Below are positions 51,201 through 62,294 of a stretch of DNA of 64,000 bases, piece by piece; position 1 is the stretch's first letter; the number at the start of each line of letters is the position of its first letter. Where the stretch lies: positions 92,442,001 through 92,506,000 of the forward strand of contig CM060731.1 in the NCBI GenBank assembly GCA_030704615.1. Reading direction: 5' to 3'. This stretch comes from Takakia lepidozioides (lineage: Eukaryota; Plantae; Bryophyta). Position numbers and translations under genes: made by a program. The notes beneath the pieces are model-generated. The model was not told the origin of the DNA, did no database searches, and was given only the letters and a program-made list of their open reading frames with translations.

Positions 51201-52188
51201 ATGGTCACCGGCCAAGTGGAATGACTACATGACTGGACAGAGTATGGGCTAACCCCATCTGAGGAGAAGCCGAGGCGGACATGTCGTGGGTCCTCCAAGA
51301 GAAAAGGCCACATCTCTTCAGTATGCCTCCATGCTTGTGAATCTTGTGGCCCGCACACCTTTCCCGGGGGGCTCCGATGCGAGGCGTGCCATCTCATCAG
51401 TTGTGCCAATGAGGGGCTTTGGTAGTGTGCCTGCAGTCACGGGATGATTGGAAAGTAGTGCATTTTCTGGCACCATCCCCATGTCGGCCCCATATCATAA
51501 TCAGTGTCATTCGTATCTCTAAGTAAAACCTTACGTCTTGTAGCGGTTGCAAAAAGGTAGAATGCAATATACAAGTGTATTGTGGTGCGGGTATACCTTG
51601 CGCGGGGCTTTCTTCCCTTGAACATCATCCCAATATCGGTCTTTGTTGCACTTTGGACACTTGGTGAGTTTCGCATCCTCTCCGTAGTACAGGGTTTTAT
51701 CACATGGACATGCATGAAAAATCTTATAGCCCATCCCCACAGCATCCAAGGCTGCTCTTGCTTCTTTTTTTGATCGTGACATTCTCGGCTTCAAATGTGG
51801 GGCAAGGATGTAGTCCGCAATAGTCCGCATTATGGCGGACATACCCACATTGCTTATGCCAAACCGGATTTGCAAATTCAGCAACAACAAGATGGTTGAA
51901 AGTCTACTCACTTTGGCCCCCTTCGTATAAGGGAGTTTTGGCTTCTTTTTCCATGTCATTCAAAGAGTCCGGGTCCTCATCTACCATCTGATGCATTAAG
52001 AGGTCCTCCATTGCTGCCACATCTTCATGCATAATTCCATTGTCATTGTTGTCCTCATCATCGGAGACCGTCATTTCAGACGGGGTCGGGTCCCTTTGAT
52101 ACGCACCCCCCTCCGAAGGAACAAAATCCCGGTTCATGACAAGATCATGAACTTCATGAATTAACGTCATGGGGTTGTGGCCGGCATC
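48209..52188 (-). pseudogene. Tnp2/TnpD-type transposase (Transposase_21, DUF4218, DUF4216 regions), multi-exon, decayed
   Basis: HACPCD..CPKC, LMRWH, RLGFSSDGVSP..STWPV..NYNIPP, PLVDELKELW, LDPMHIEKNV, GLKSHDYH, PPSFFDIQVHLVVHL..GPVHSRWMY..ERYM, PEGSMVEGY, YFGELESIL..FKARWF, DEPF..QVFF. Confidence 0.95.
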
Positions 52189-52501
52189 CTAAGATGCCAA
52201 AAACAACCATGTCATTATCAGTTTCCATACATGGCGTTGTTCATTATCATACAAGATAAAACCCAAAGTACACATTATACACACGGGGGAATACATACAA
52301 TGCTTCACCACATGAAGGAGACACTATATAATTCAAAATACCCAAATTCACATATAACGTCCACCCAAACTCCCTTGAATATAGCATGAAAAACTGCATC
52401 CAAATACACATCAATGCCTATGTATATATATACATGGTGGAGGAAGCCACCTCAATGTACAAAATGTCTTCCTACGTCCATCTACACATGATGAAAGTCG
52501 G

Positions 52502-54296
52502 CTAACGCCTAAAGTCATACTCTACAAACAACTCCTCTCCAGCCCTAATGGTCCTCCTTGCACATGTCATCACAAAAGTGGTGATGTTAGGGTCCAATCT
52601 ACTATCCCCGTCATGGCGCTCATCCCAAAACACGTTGGCGGTGTGGCCCGGCGGTAAGGTAACTGAACTGTTGATGAGCCCAGCCACGTTGCCGTACACA
52701 TCGGGGTTTCCGTCACAATAAATATGGGCTTTGCGGCCCACATTTCTCGCCCTTACATCATTGTCGTTCACAACAAGGATGTAAGGATGGATCAAGGACC
52801 CAAGGCCATGTATCTGCAATAATTGCCACTCCCGGTGGGTGTACCTCGGCCCAAAATAGGGGAACAAATCCACAGAATCCTCTCCTCCCCCCAAAACTAC
52901 ATCCTCTATCAAAAAAAGTCCGTGACCCATACTAGGGTCCATTGCCTCCATCACGCAAGCGACCCCAAAAAAGAAAGGGCTCACCCTCGAGAATCGGAAC
53001 TGGACAAGGCACAAGACATTGGTAGAAATGGGGTTGGACTTCCATCGTGAATAGCTCCCTAGCACCACGATGACGTATGGCGCCGTCATCAAGCCGGCAA
53101 AGGCGCGGACCAACCGTGCGAAACAACTTCGGTCCACCTCTCCTAGGGGGCGGCGCCCGTCCATCACTTCGGGGGCCCTTCTCCCGGAGTAGGAACCTAG
53201 TGATCCATCAGTCCCAGTCATACACAGTCCCCAAAGGTGGTGGGATCCATCCGGGTTCTACCGGAGGACCCGGATACGGACTCGGTGGCGGTTGTGGTCT
53301 CGGAAATGGAGGGGAAGGGACACGTAGGTTGGTATGAGGGATCTCGCGTGGAGGTAGTACTGGCCGAGATGGCCGGGATGGTGATGGTGATGAGGAAAGA
53401 ACATGTACAATAGGAGGAACGGACGATGCAGATGATGGGGGTGCCGATGTCGAGGATATCGAACTCGGACTCGGTGGCGGCTGTGGTCTCGGCAATGGAG
53501 GGGAAGGGACACATAGCCGGTCGGTATGAGGGACCTCGGTGGCAATGGTGATGAGGAAAGACCATCTACAATAGGAGGAACGGACGATGCGGATGATGGT
53601 GATGATGGGGGTGCCGATGTCAAGGATGACAAATGTGTGTGCGTAGGTGGCAAGCGCCTAGCCCGGTGCCCAAAAATAGAAAAACACGCATCGTACCCCG
53701 CTACCTCACAAACTGCATCTACGTCATGTTGCGAGAAAAAAATGTTCACATCCGGAACGGGGTGGGGCTTGTAAGAAGGAAGAAACCCGCATCGGTATGC
53801 CTCTTCAGCAAAAAAATTGCAAGCTTGGACATCAAGACTGGGCTGCAAGATGCATGATATGAAATGCATCAATACTCAATTCACAAACACGAGGTTTCAT
53901 TAGATATGGTACTTTTAATTGAGGAGTACGTGAGAAGATATATGGACGACTTACCTTTGCTGCATCAGCAATCTCGTACTTGGTGTAATGTTTTTGCACA
54001 ACATGGGGTCGCCGCATCATCGGTGTGGTCCTCCCAACCGATAGTTGTGCCCAACACCAATTGCACCAACACTCAATCTTGGGGAGGCGGTCCTGGCGGG
54101 GTCTCCCCGGGGCTCATGCCTCTGGACTCGACGGCCTACGACCTCGGGGTGGTGGCCGTGGGGGCAAAGCTGTGCGGACATGGCGATGCCGCCTAACTCG
54201 TAGACGAGGCGAACGTGCTGACTCGCCCTCAGCAGGTGGTTGTGGCACAGCCGACAACGAATCCTCAAGCGTGACACGTCGATAAACACGCGGCAT
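52502..54296 (-). pseudogene. CACTA-encoded CxCxxC..H / Pro-rich / SET-domain protein (exons 54296-53955 and 53842-52502), decayed
   Basis: SET motifs MGHGLFLIEDV, FPYFG, DGNPDVYGNVAGLINSS, ANV, CARRTIRAGEELFVEY. Two premature TGA (54114, 53208) and two frameshifts (about 53535 and 52950). Confidence 0.8.
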
Positions 54297-55559
54297 GACC
54301 TAGCACGAGAGAGAGGTAGAGTACCGTATTGTGTTAACCTCCGGAGGAGTTACACTCCCAACCCTTGGAAAAACTTGAAAAAAAAAACCCTACAAACGTA
54401 AAGCCATATGTCCCCACCCCACCAAAAAACAAAACCCTCAAAACAAAACTATATTGCAGCTAATCCTAAACTAACTATATTATAACTAACTGTAAACGAA
54501 ACTACGAAACTAAACCCTAAACTAAACTATGTAACCCTTAAAACCCTAAGAGCCAAAGACCCAAAACCCAAATGATCCTTGCAAAACCCCACAACCCAAA
54601 AATCCAAAAAATAAAATAAAAAATGATAGGCCTCTTCAACTCACCTCTGCGCCAGATCTGCGACTGCCATACGACGTCCCTGCGACTTCTGTGCGACGTC
54701 CTCCTGAGGCAGCGATTCCCCAACGTTGCAGCGGATCCACCTCCTGCAAAGGTGGCCGCCCTTCTCTCCCCTTCTCTCTCCCCTTCGCGAAGGCGCCTGA
54801 TCGCCGTCGAGGTTTTCCGGTGGGGTCGCCACACTGGCGCGCCGCGCTGCACCAACCGCCTCTCACTCCCCCTCTCAATCTCTCTATCTGATCTCTCTCT
54901 CCCTCACCCTCCTCCTCTCACTCTTCCTCCCTCCCCTCCCTCCATCCCTATTTTGTTTTTTTTTGCTCTCGAGCTCTCCCGGGCGCAACTACCCCCGCGC
55001 GCTGGAGCATTTTCCGGCGGCGGTGACGCAGCACTGACACGCCACGACATTCAAACCCACGCGCGCCCTCTCTCTCACTCTCCCTCTCGCCCTAATCCCT
55101 CTCCCTCACTCTCTCTCTCGCTCTCTCTCTCCCTCTTCTATCTCTTTTTGTTTTTTTTGCTGTTTGAGCGAGCTGGGAGCGCGCCCCCGTGACCTGCTAG
55201 TGGAGCGCCAACCGAACGCCAGCGCCGCGGGAGGGACCGTCCCTCCCTCTCCTTCTCTCTTTCTCATTCTCCCTTTTATCTCTCACTCTCCCTCTCGCCC
55301 TTATCTTTCTCCCTCATTCTCTCCCTCGCTCTCTCTCGCATTTTTTATTTTATTTTTTGTTGTTTGAGCGAGGGAGTGTGCCCACGCAACTTGGTGGAGG
55401 AGCGCCAGCGTGAAGGAGCTGCTGCGTGAGGCGCCCAACTGCAGGTAAGCAGCCATGCATTTCTGATCTTTATAGTGAGAGATTTCAGTGAGAGTTTGGG
55501 TTCCACAGAGTAGACAGTGGAATCCCCACGGATCTCATAGTATATAGGACAATAGAGGA

Positions 55560-56050
55560 AGTGTTCTTCAGTTTCAATTTCATGGAGAGAGAGGGAGAGA
55601 GAGAAAGAGAGGGAGAGATTTACCTATTTTTTTTGGACGTGCACAAAGGAGAAGGAGAGAGAGGGAGAACGAGGGAGAGAGAGGGAGAGGGACAGACGGG
55701 AGAGAGGGAGGGAGAGGGATAGAGGGGGCCAAGAAAATAAAAAAAGAAGTAGGGGGGGGTGACTGAGCAGCAGCAGCTCAGCCCCTCTCTGGTTTTTTTT
55801 TTTCTTTTGTGAGCGGCAAAGGGACAGGGACAGATGGAGGAGAGAGACGGAGAAATGAGGAAAAAATAAAAATAAAAAAATGGGTGGGGGGAGTGATTGA
55901 GTAGTAGCTGCTCAGTCACTCCCCCTCCCCACCTTCATTTTTAATTTTTTTTCCCTCAACACTCCCTCTTTCTCCACATCCTGATGGGACAGAGAGAGAG
56001 AAAGGGAGAGATGAGGGAAAAGAGGGAGAGACAGCGAGAGAGGGAAGATA
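55560..56050. repeat. Inverted relative of the 42840-43560 palindrome/(GA)n block
   Basis: tctccacatcctgatgggacagag (about 55971) is the reverse complement of about 43233-43256; same GAGCAGCAGC units. Confidence 0.7.
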
Positions 56051-59000
56051 TTCATGTCATGTCAAGATATGGACAAGACCCACTAGGGTCATTGTCAATT
56101 AAAGACATAAACAACCCAAAACAGGGCACCATCTAACATCTCCATTCTCGTCATAGCTTCCCATGAATTGACATCACCCAATCAGTCATGATAAAACAGG
56201 GTGGGAGGGCGGGGTTTGTTCATGTAGGGGATGCAAGCATCTTGAACACCCGAGATCCGGCCATCTTGGCCAATGAATCATGTGTTCATGTGTGGGACAA
56301 GATAAGATATTGCTGCCCCTGTGCAGGTTGCAAGGCCTCTTGGTTCAGCCTGCACACATACCTTACCAGCAGGTCATGTATTGAAGGAGCATAAAAATGC
56401 TGAGGTCATGCAAAGGGCAAGGTACCATGGTCCAGCCTGCCCTATTACCATTTCAAGACACGTTTTCACACATACATCTTGGATATGACCCACAGGTTGC
56501 AGCATCTTACCTTTTCAGCCATTAATTATGGCAGGTCATGCATCAGCCAAGGCATAAGGACCAGCTTGCAATTTGTCAGAATCACAATATGCCACCAAGC
56601 AGTCCTACTTGGGCATGATGAAATAAATTCCATATGATTTGTATTCACCCCGAGACATGTGATCACACAAGGTGTCAAGGGAATGTGAACTCAGCCTGTC
56701 AAATTGCAGGTTTAAGACTTGTACATACAAGCAGCTTGAACAGCCGAGATCCAGCCTCTTTTGCATATAAAAAACCAGATTGCAGGTCATAGGCATGATG
56801 TCATGACAAAGCCAAAACTATAGGTAGGATCCCATTGCAGCTTACCATCCTCATCCTTCAAGAGTTCCATGCTAAAGCATGCAAAGAACACCTCAATGTG
56901 ATCCAGTACTCAACAGAAATAGGCCCGAAAAGGAGCAGGTCGGTGCTTTATCAGGCTGCCACCATACCCTTCAAGGCCACCATGTCCATAGAGACCCAAA
57001 ACCGCCAATAACATACCACCTAAAACCAGATCCTCTTTGGCCAAAAGAACTTACAACCTAGCTCAACAATCCACAGGCCCTGCTGTCAAAGATCAAGAGG
57101 TAGGGTATGGTTTGTATGCAAGCCTCAGGAGACAGGCCAGTCAGGCCGAGCTGCGCTTTGACGGCAGAACGACAAAGGCCAAAAATCAGGCTGTAGCATG
57201 CCAAACCAGGAGCAGTCGGGTTGAGATCGGGGCTGCAGGCAGCAGCCACCTCACAACGCAAAACCCACAGGTCTTCTCAGCCCATATCCCAATCTGCATG
57301 CTCAAGAAGCTTCAAAGTAGGTGAGGATCCTCACCTGGTCCCATCACAAGCCCCCACAAAAACCAACAGGTTAGTGAGGATTGTGGAACCCCAGGTGAAT
57401 CACAGACCCTCACATTTGTCATCGATGTCAACTAAGAAACTCAAAAGCAAGAGAAAGAAATAAGAACATGAGAATCCCTAAACTCCAAAGGCACCTTAAG
57501 CGATTGAGGAAGAGGGTTATGCGCCATCACCACCCGCAACAAGCCGCCTCCACAAAGCACATAAGCAATGAAGCAAAGCAGAGTTTGCATGGTTCGCCAT
57601 GTGTACGGGTAGTCACTTGACTCACATTCCGTACATCCTTCATGGCAGTTATCCTTGGCTACTTTGCTTACTTGTGCGATCTATCCCTCAATACATACTA
57701 CTCAGCTTTATATCTCTACCTTTCATCTCGATCTGTCATTTACAGGGCCTGCATAGATCAGTTTTACTTGTGATCCAGCCCAGCTACCCTCATCTTGTCT
57801 CGTTCTCTCTACACTTGTTGCAGCTCAAACGTTTTCCAGTGTTACTCTCTTAATCGTTGGTTTCAACTGTACATGCTTTTCCTCGTAAATCTAGTCTATC
57901 TCCTTTGTATCACACGGCTTACTATGAAGGCCGCTTGGTATCAACATGATCTGTACACTGTACACGCATCTCACTAATCACTTCACTAAACCTACTCAGT
58001 CTAATCCACGCTTCTTCTGCTCTGTCTTCATCGCCTCTCTCTAACTTGAAAGTAAAACTTAACTTCAAAGTGAATCGTCTCTTCATCCTGGAATGATCTC
58101 TGTCTGCTACCTTGTACCCTGCAGCAGTCCTTGGAAATCGCTTCTGTCTCAAGTCCCTACTTTCTAATCACCGCCCCAACATCTACTAATCAGCTAAGCC
58201 TTCCCTGGTCGTGCCTGCTGACTAAGCACTAAGTTATGCGCTAATCCACGTCTTGATAAGATCTTACAAGCCCAAAACTTAATGACATGGTTTCGCTTAG
58301 TCATGCGCCTTCAATATCAGATCAATGGTTTGCATGCTATCAAAAACTGTTCATCCAGTGGCTTCATCCATCTTGGCATAGTGCGCTCAAGCAACGTCTC
58401 ACTTGATGAATGTATCTCCCCCATGCTGACTGTTCACACTACATCCATCCTGATCCACGAAGTGAACCAAGACCTTCATCCTTCTCTACGTTCATCCGCG
58501 TTCTTCCTTCTTTACTTACGTTCATCCCCTTCCACTGTTCATCCAGTTTGCCTCGCCTCTTTGCTTGTTATCTAGTCCTTCCCCCGCACACTCTATACTC
58601 TACTTGCGAAATCTAAGTGTGTTTCTCATCACTTGTTTTCCCCTTACAGCCCTATACCCACTCTCAGGAGGAAGATTGCAGACTACTTTCAACTTACATC
58701 TTCCCCAATTTACAATTCCCAGTTCTGTACCAATCTCTTGGGCCTCGTACATTGAAGCATACCCAGGTCTAAGCGATGGTCTATCTACTCAGATTCTGGC
58801 CCTCATCAACGTCGAACACCTATGCTTGAACCTCCCCCCTCTTTGCGATGTCTGGGTTCGAGCAGAGTGATCCTGAACCTTGGTGCACACATCAAGCAAA
58901 GATTCAACACTCTCTTCAATGGAGTTGCCCTCCTCTACGCTCTACTGGAATCCGATACGAGGAAACGGTAATCCAAGGACAAATACTCGGGGGGGGGGGG

Positions 59001-59628
59001 GGGGGTCCTCAGATGAATCCCTGGAAGCTGCCCAGCTGCTTCACGTTGCTGCCAAGGATGTGGGGTTGTCAGCTGCTGCCAAAGGAAAAAACAAAGGCAA
59101 TCAGGCTCCGGTTACCCTCCATCCTGTCCATCCAAGGCAGCCAATCACCATGGCCAGTTATCATATTCATATTTTCAAGATGGGTTAGGGACTTACAGCG
59201 GTGCATGGTATTATGCAGGAAGCCCCCCAAAAAGACGGGAAAAAAAATCAAAATGCTTCCTTCTCTCTGGTGGAACTCCCACAACCAACAATCAATATTT
59301 CATGAGCTCTGTGCGGGGCAGGTACTTTCAGACTCATTGACTCAGTCAAATGGGGCTTTGTTGGGACTCCAGAGTGATCCCCCCTCAATCCTGAAGCCTG
59401 TCGAGTTGGACTGGGCCTGTACAAAACAATTTAGACCCATTCCTGCAATTTCAAACCATCCTCAAGCATGGGTTCTATTCATTCAGATCTTCTCACCCCA
59501 TCGAAAAGCCCCAAGCAACTTGGTCTAGGAAAAGTCACTGCTTCCTTCAGACAAAAGAGCAAGGTTTACTTTTAATACCTCAAGGCCATCAAAGGAGAGC
59601 AGCCCTCTCAGCCTGTCGAGCCCCACAT

Positions 59629-61776
59629 ATGTTAGTTAAACTTCATTATTGGAACATTAGAGGGATTGGTTCTGCACAAACCTCCCTCAAGAAAGCAAAA
59701 CTCAAAACCTGGCTATTACCACTCTTCCAACAAGAAACTATCATCCTTTTGCAGGAACACAAATTGGACAGTGCCAAAATTTCTGCCCTGGGGGACCAGC
59801 TCTGGCCTGCTAACCTTAGCTTCTAGAAACCAACAATCGAAGGCTCGAGGGGTGGGACAGCCATACTGCTTTCCCCATCCTTGGCTGCTTTGATTCAGAA
59901 AGAGGAGGTATGGTTCCATGGAAGGACTCATTTCTTATCCATTACAGTTCCGAATGCCGCTGGGGTCATAGGGATAGTTAACTTGTATGCACCAAACTCT
60001 ACCAGTGAACGCAAGGCCTTTTGGTCATCCCTCCACTCCAAAATGGAATCTGAAACCTCTATGGAACAATGGCTGATTATGGGGGGGCTGGGATCTGCGG
60101 CCCCAGGACTTGGGGAGGGTGAAGCAGCATCATGGCATTAAAGGATCGGGAACAATTTTTCCATGTCTGAAGTCACCAGAGCCAACCCCGCCCCATCTCA
60201 TCCAAGTTTCACATGGACCAACAACAAGTCTGGCCTCTATATCTACATGGCCAAACTAGACAGGCTCTACCTGTCTCAAGGGATCTTGCCTTGGGCCTCA
60301 ATGCTTCCTCAGGAACCCATTTACCAGGAGTTTGACCATGCCAACATATCCTGCCAATTAAACCTCCCTAATCTCCCAAAAAGAGGCAAAGGCTGGTTTA
60401 GGCTCAACACATCTCTTCTAACCTATCCAATATTCAGGCTTGCCCTTGAGCGTGCTTGGACCAGGGCTGACAATGATCTCATCTGCCCAATTGCGTGAAA
60501 TTGGCTCAAACTGTTCAAAAAGCTCAATCCCTTAGCTCTGAGATATCCATTCAGAGGTAGCTGTAGAACCCAAGCTCTCAAGAAATGCCTTGGAACTTGT
60601 CAAAGACTTATGGAATTGGGAAAGTCGGATGCACAATCCTTCCAAACATACCAGGAAGCTTGACAAAACCTGGAGTCCTATGCTACATTGCAAGAGCAAA
60701 AGTTAAAGCTGGCATTAATTGTTCTACGAAGGATGAGAAAATGTCCAGATACTACAGGCCCAAAAGGACCTCTCAGATAGTCACAGAACTGAAGGACTCC
60801 CAGGGCCACATCTCTTCGGATCCTAAGGAAATGCTTTCAGCAACTCAGTCTCACTTTGCTGCCCTCCTCAGACAGAGAACCCCTTCTCCTGATATAATTG
60901 CTGATAGGGATTAAACCTGCCTTCGAAGTCACAAAACCAAACTAGACCCCACCATGGCGGCCTCCCTGGACGGGGACTTCTCAGAAACCGAACTTTTCAA
61001 GGCTTTAGAACTGATGTCCAATCGAAAATCCCCGGGCTTTGAGGTATGCTAGTAGAGTTCTACAAAGCTGTGGTTGGTGTTATCATCCGACTTCTGTGAT
61101 ATGGCAAATGAAATCAAGAAATTAAAGGGTGCCATGCCACGGCCAATGGCTCAGGGTGTTATTACTCTGCTCTTCAAGAAGGGTGACAGGAAGGAAATAT
61201 CCAACTATAGGCCGATCACACTGCTCAATGTATCCTACAAGATCATAGCAAAGGCCCTCGCCTTGCGCCTTCAGCCTCACCTCCCAACAATTATCAGACC
61301 AGGCCAAGCCGGTTTCATTAAGGGCAAATACATTTAGACAACATCCTTCTTGCACAAGAAACGCCTGTCTTTGCATAAGCATCTGGCCAGCCCATTGCAA
61401 TGCTCATTTTGGATTTTGAAAAAGCTTTCGATAAGGTTGAATGGCCAATGTTCCTGGCAACACTAAAAAAAACAGGGCTCTCATCAGATTTCTGCCAGTG
61501 GGTGAAAATCCTTCTTCTCAACGCCTCAAGCAGGGTTTCAATGAATGGATTCATCTCTAAACCATTTGACCTTCAAAGATCGGTGCGTCAGGGGTGCCCA
61601 TTGGCACCATTCCTTTTTCTAATAGTTGCGGACTCGCTAGGTTATCTCTTAGACAACAACCGAAACATAACAGGTCTCAAAATTCAAACTCAAACCAACC
61701 CGGACCTTCATATCAAAGATTCCATGTTCCCCGGATTCAAGGTTAACTGGGTGAAAACAGTAGCCATTCGGCAACA
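59629..61776 (+). pseudogene. L1-clade LINE ORF2: APE endonuclease and RT, decayed
   Basis: HYWNIRG..LLQEHK, NLYAPN, FTW..KLDRLY, NYRPITLLN..YKIIAK, LDFEKAFDKV, SVRQGCPLAPFLF; many stops. Confidence 0.92.
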
Positions 61777-62294
61777 ACAGGTGAACGCCTCATTGGCCCA
61801 TTTAACAAATTTTGATTGGTCTCATATTAATCTGGGACCTGTCAGATGGTACATTGAACATATTGGCAAAGTCTCAAAGCAAACAAAAACCATTTGGATG
61901 GGCAACCATCCAGTGGCCCATTAAACAAATCTCGTTTGATCTCATGGTTCGCTTTGAGACTTTGCCAGTATGTTCAATGTACCATCTAACATGTCCCAGA
62001 GTAATACAATATCAATCAAAATTTGTTCAATGGCTCAACGGATGGTTGCCTATCCAAATGATTTTGGTTCGCTTTGAGACTTTGTCGGTATGTTCAATGT
62101 ACCATCTAACAGGTCCCAGAGTAATAGGAGATCAATCGAAATTCGTTCAATGGCTCAACGGATGGTTGCCTATCCAAATGATTTTGGTTCGCTTTGAGAC
62201 TTTGCCAGTATGTTCAATGTACCATCTGACAGGTCCCAGAGTAATATGACATCAAACGAAATTTGTTCAATGGGCCAATGAGGCGTTCACCTGT
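61777..62294. mobile_element. Foldback/MITE-like element built from a 120-bp unit
   Basis: Termini ACAGGTGAACGCCTCATTGGCCCA / TGGGCCAATGAGGCGTTCACCTGT; three tandem 120-bp units (61946-62290) opposite one inverted unit (about 61790-61930). No clear TSD. Confidence 0.75.

Larger units (their letters stand above)
46412..54760 (-). mobile_element. CACTA (En/Spm) transposon body, right boundary broken
   Basis: TIR CACTACTACATTT at 46412; GCGAC subterminal repeats at 46430-47000 and 54650-54730; internal Tnp2. Confidence 0.9.

Noticed and set aside
400-61776. The L1 3' piece (400-2240) and the L1 5' piece (59.6-61.8 kb) as halves of one inverted element
   Set aside because: A long stretch of ORF2 is missing between them, and no TSD or overlap links them.
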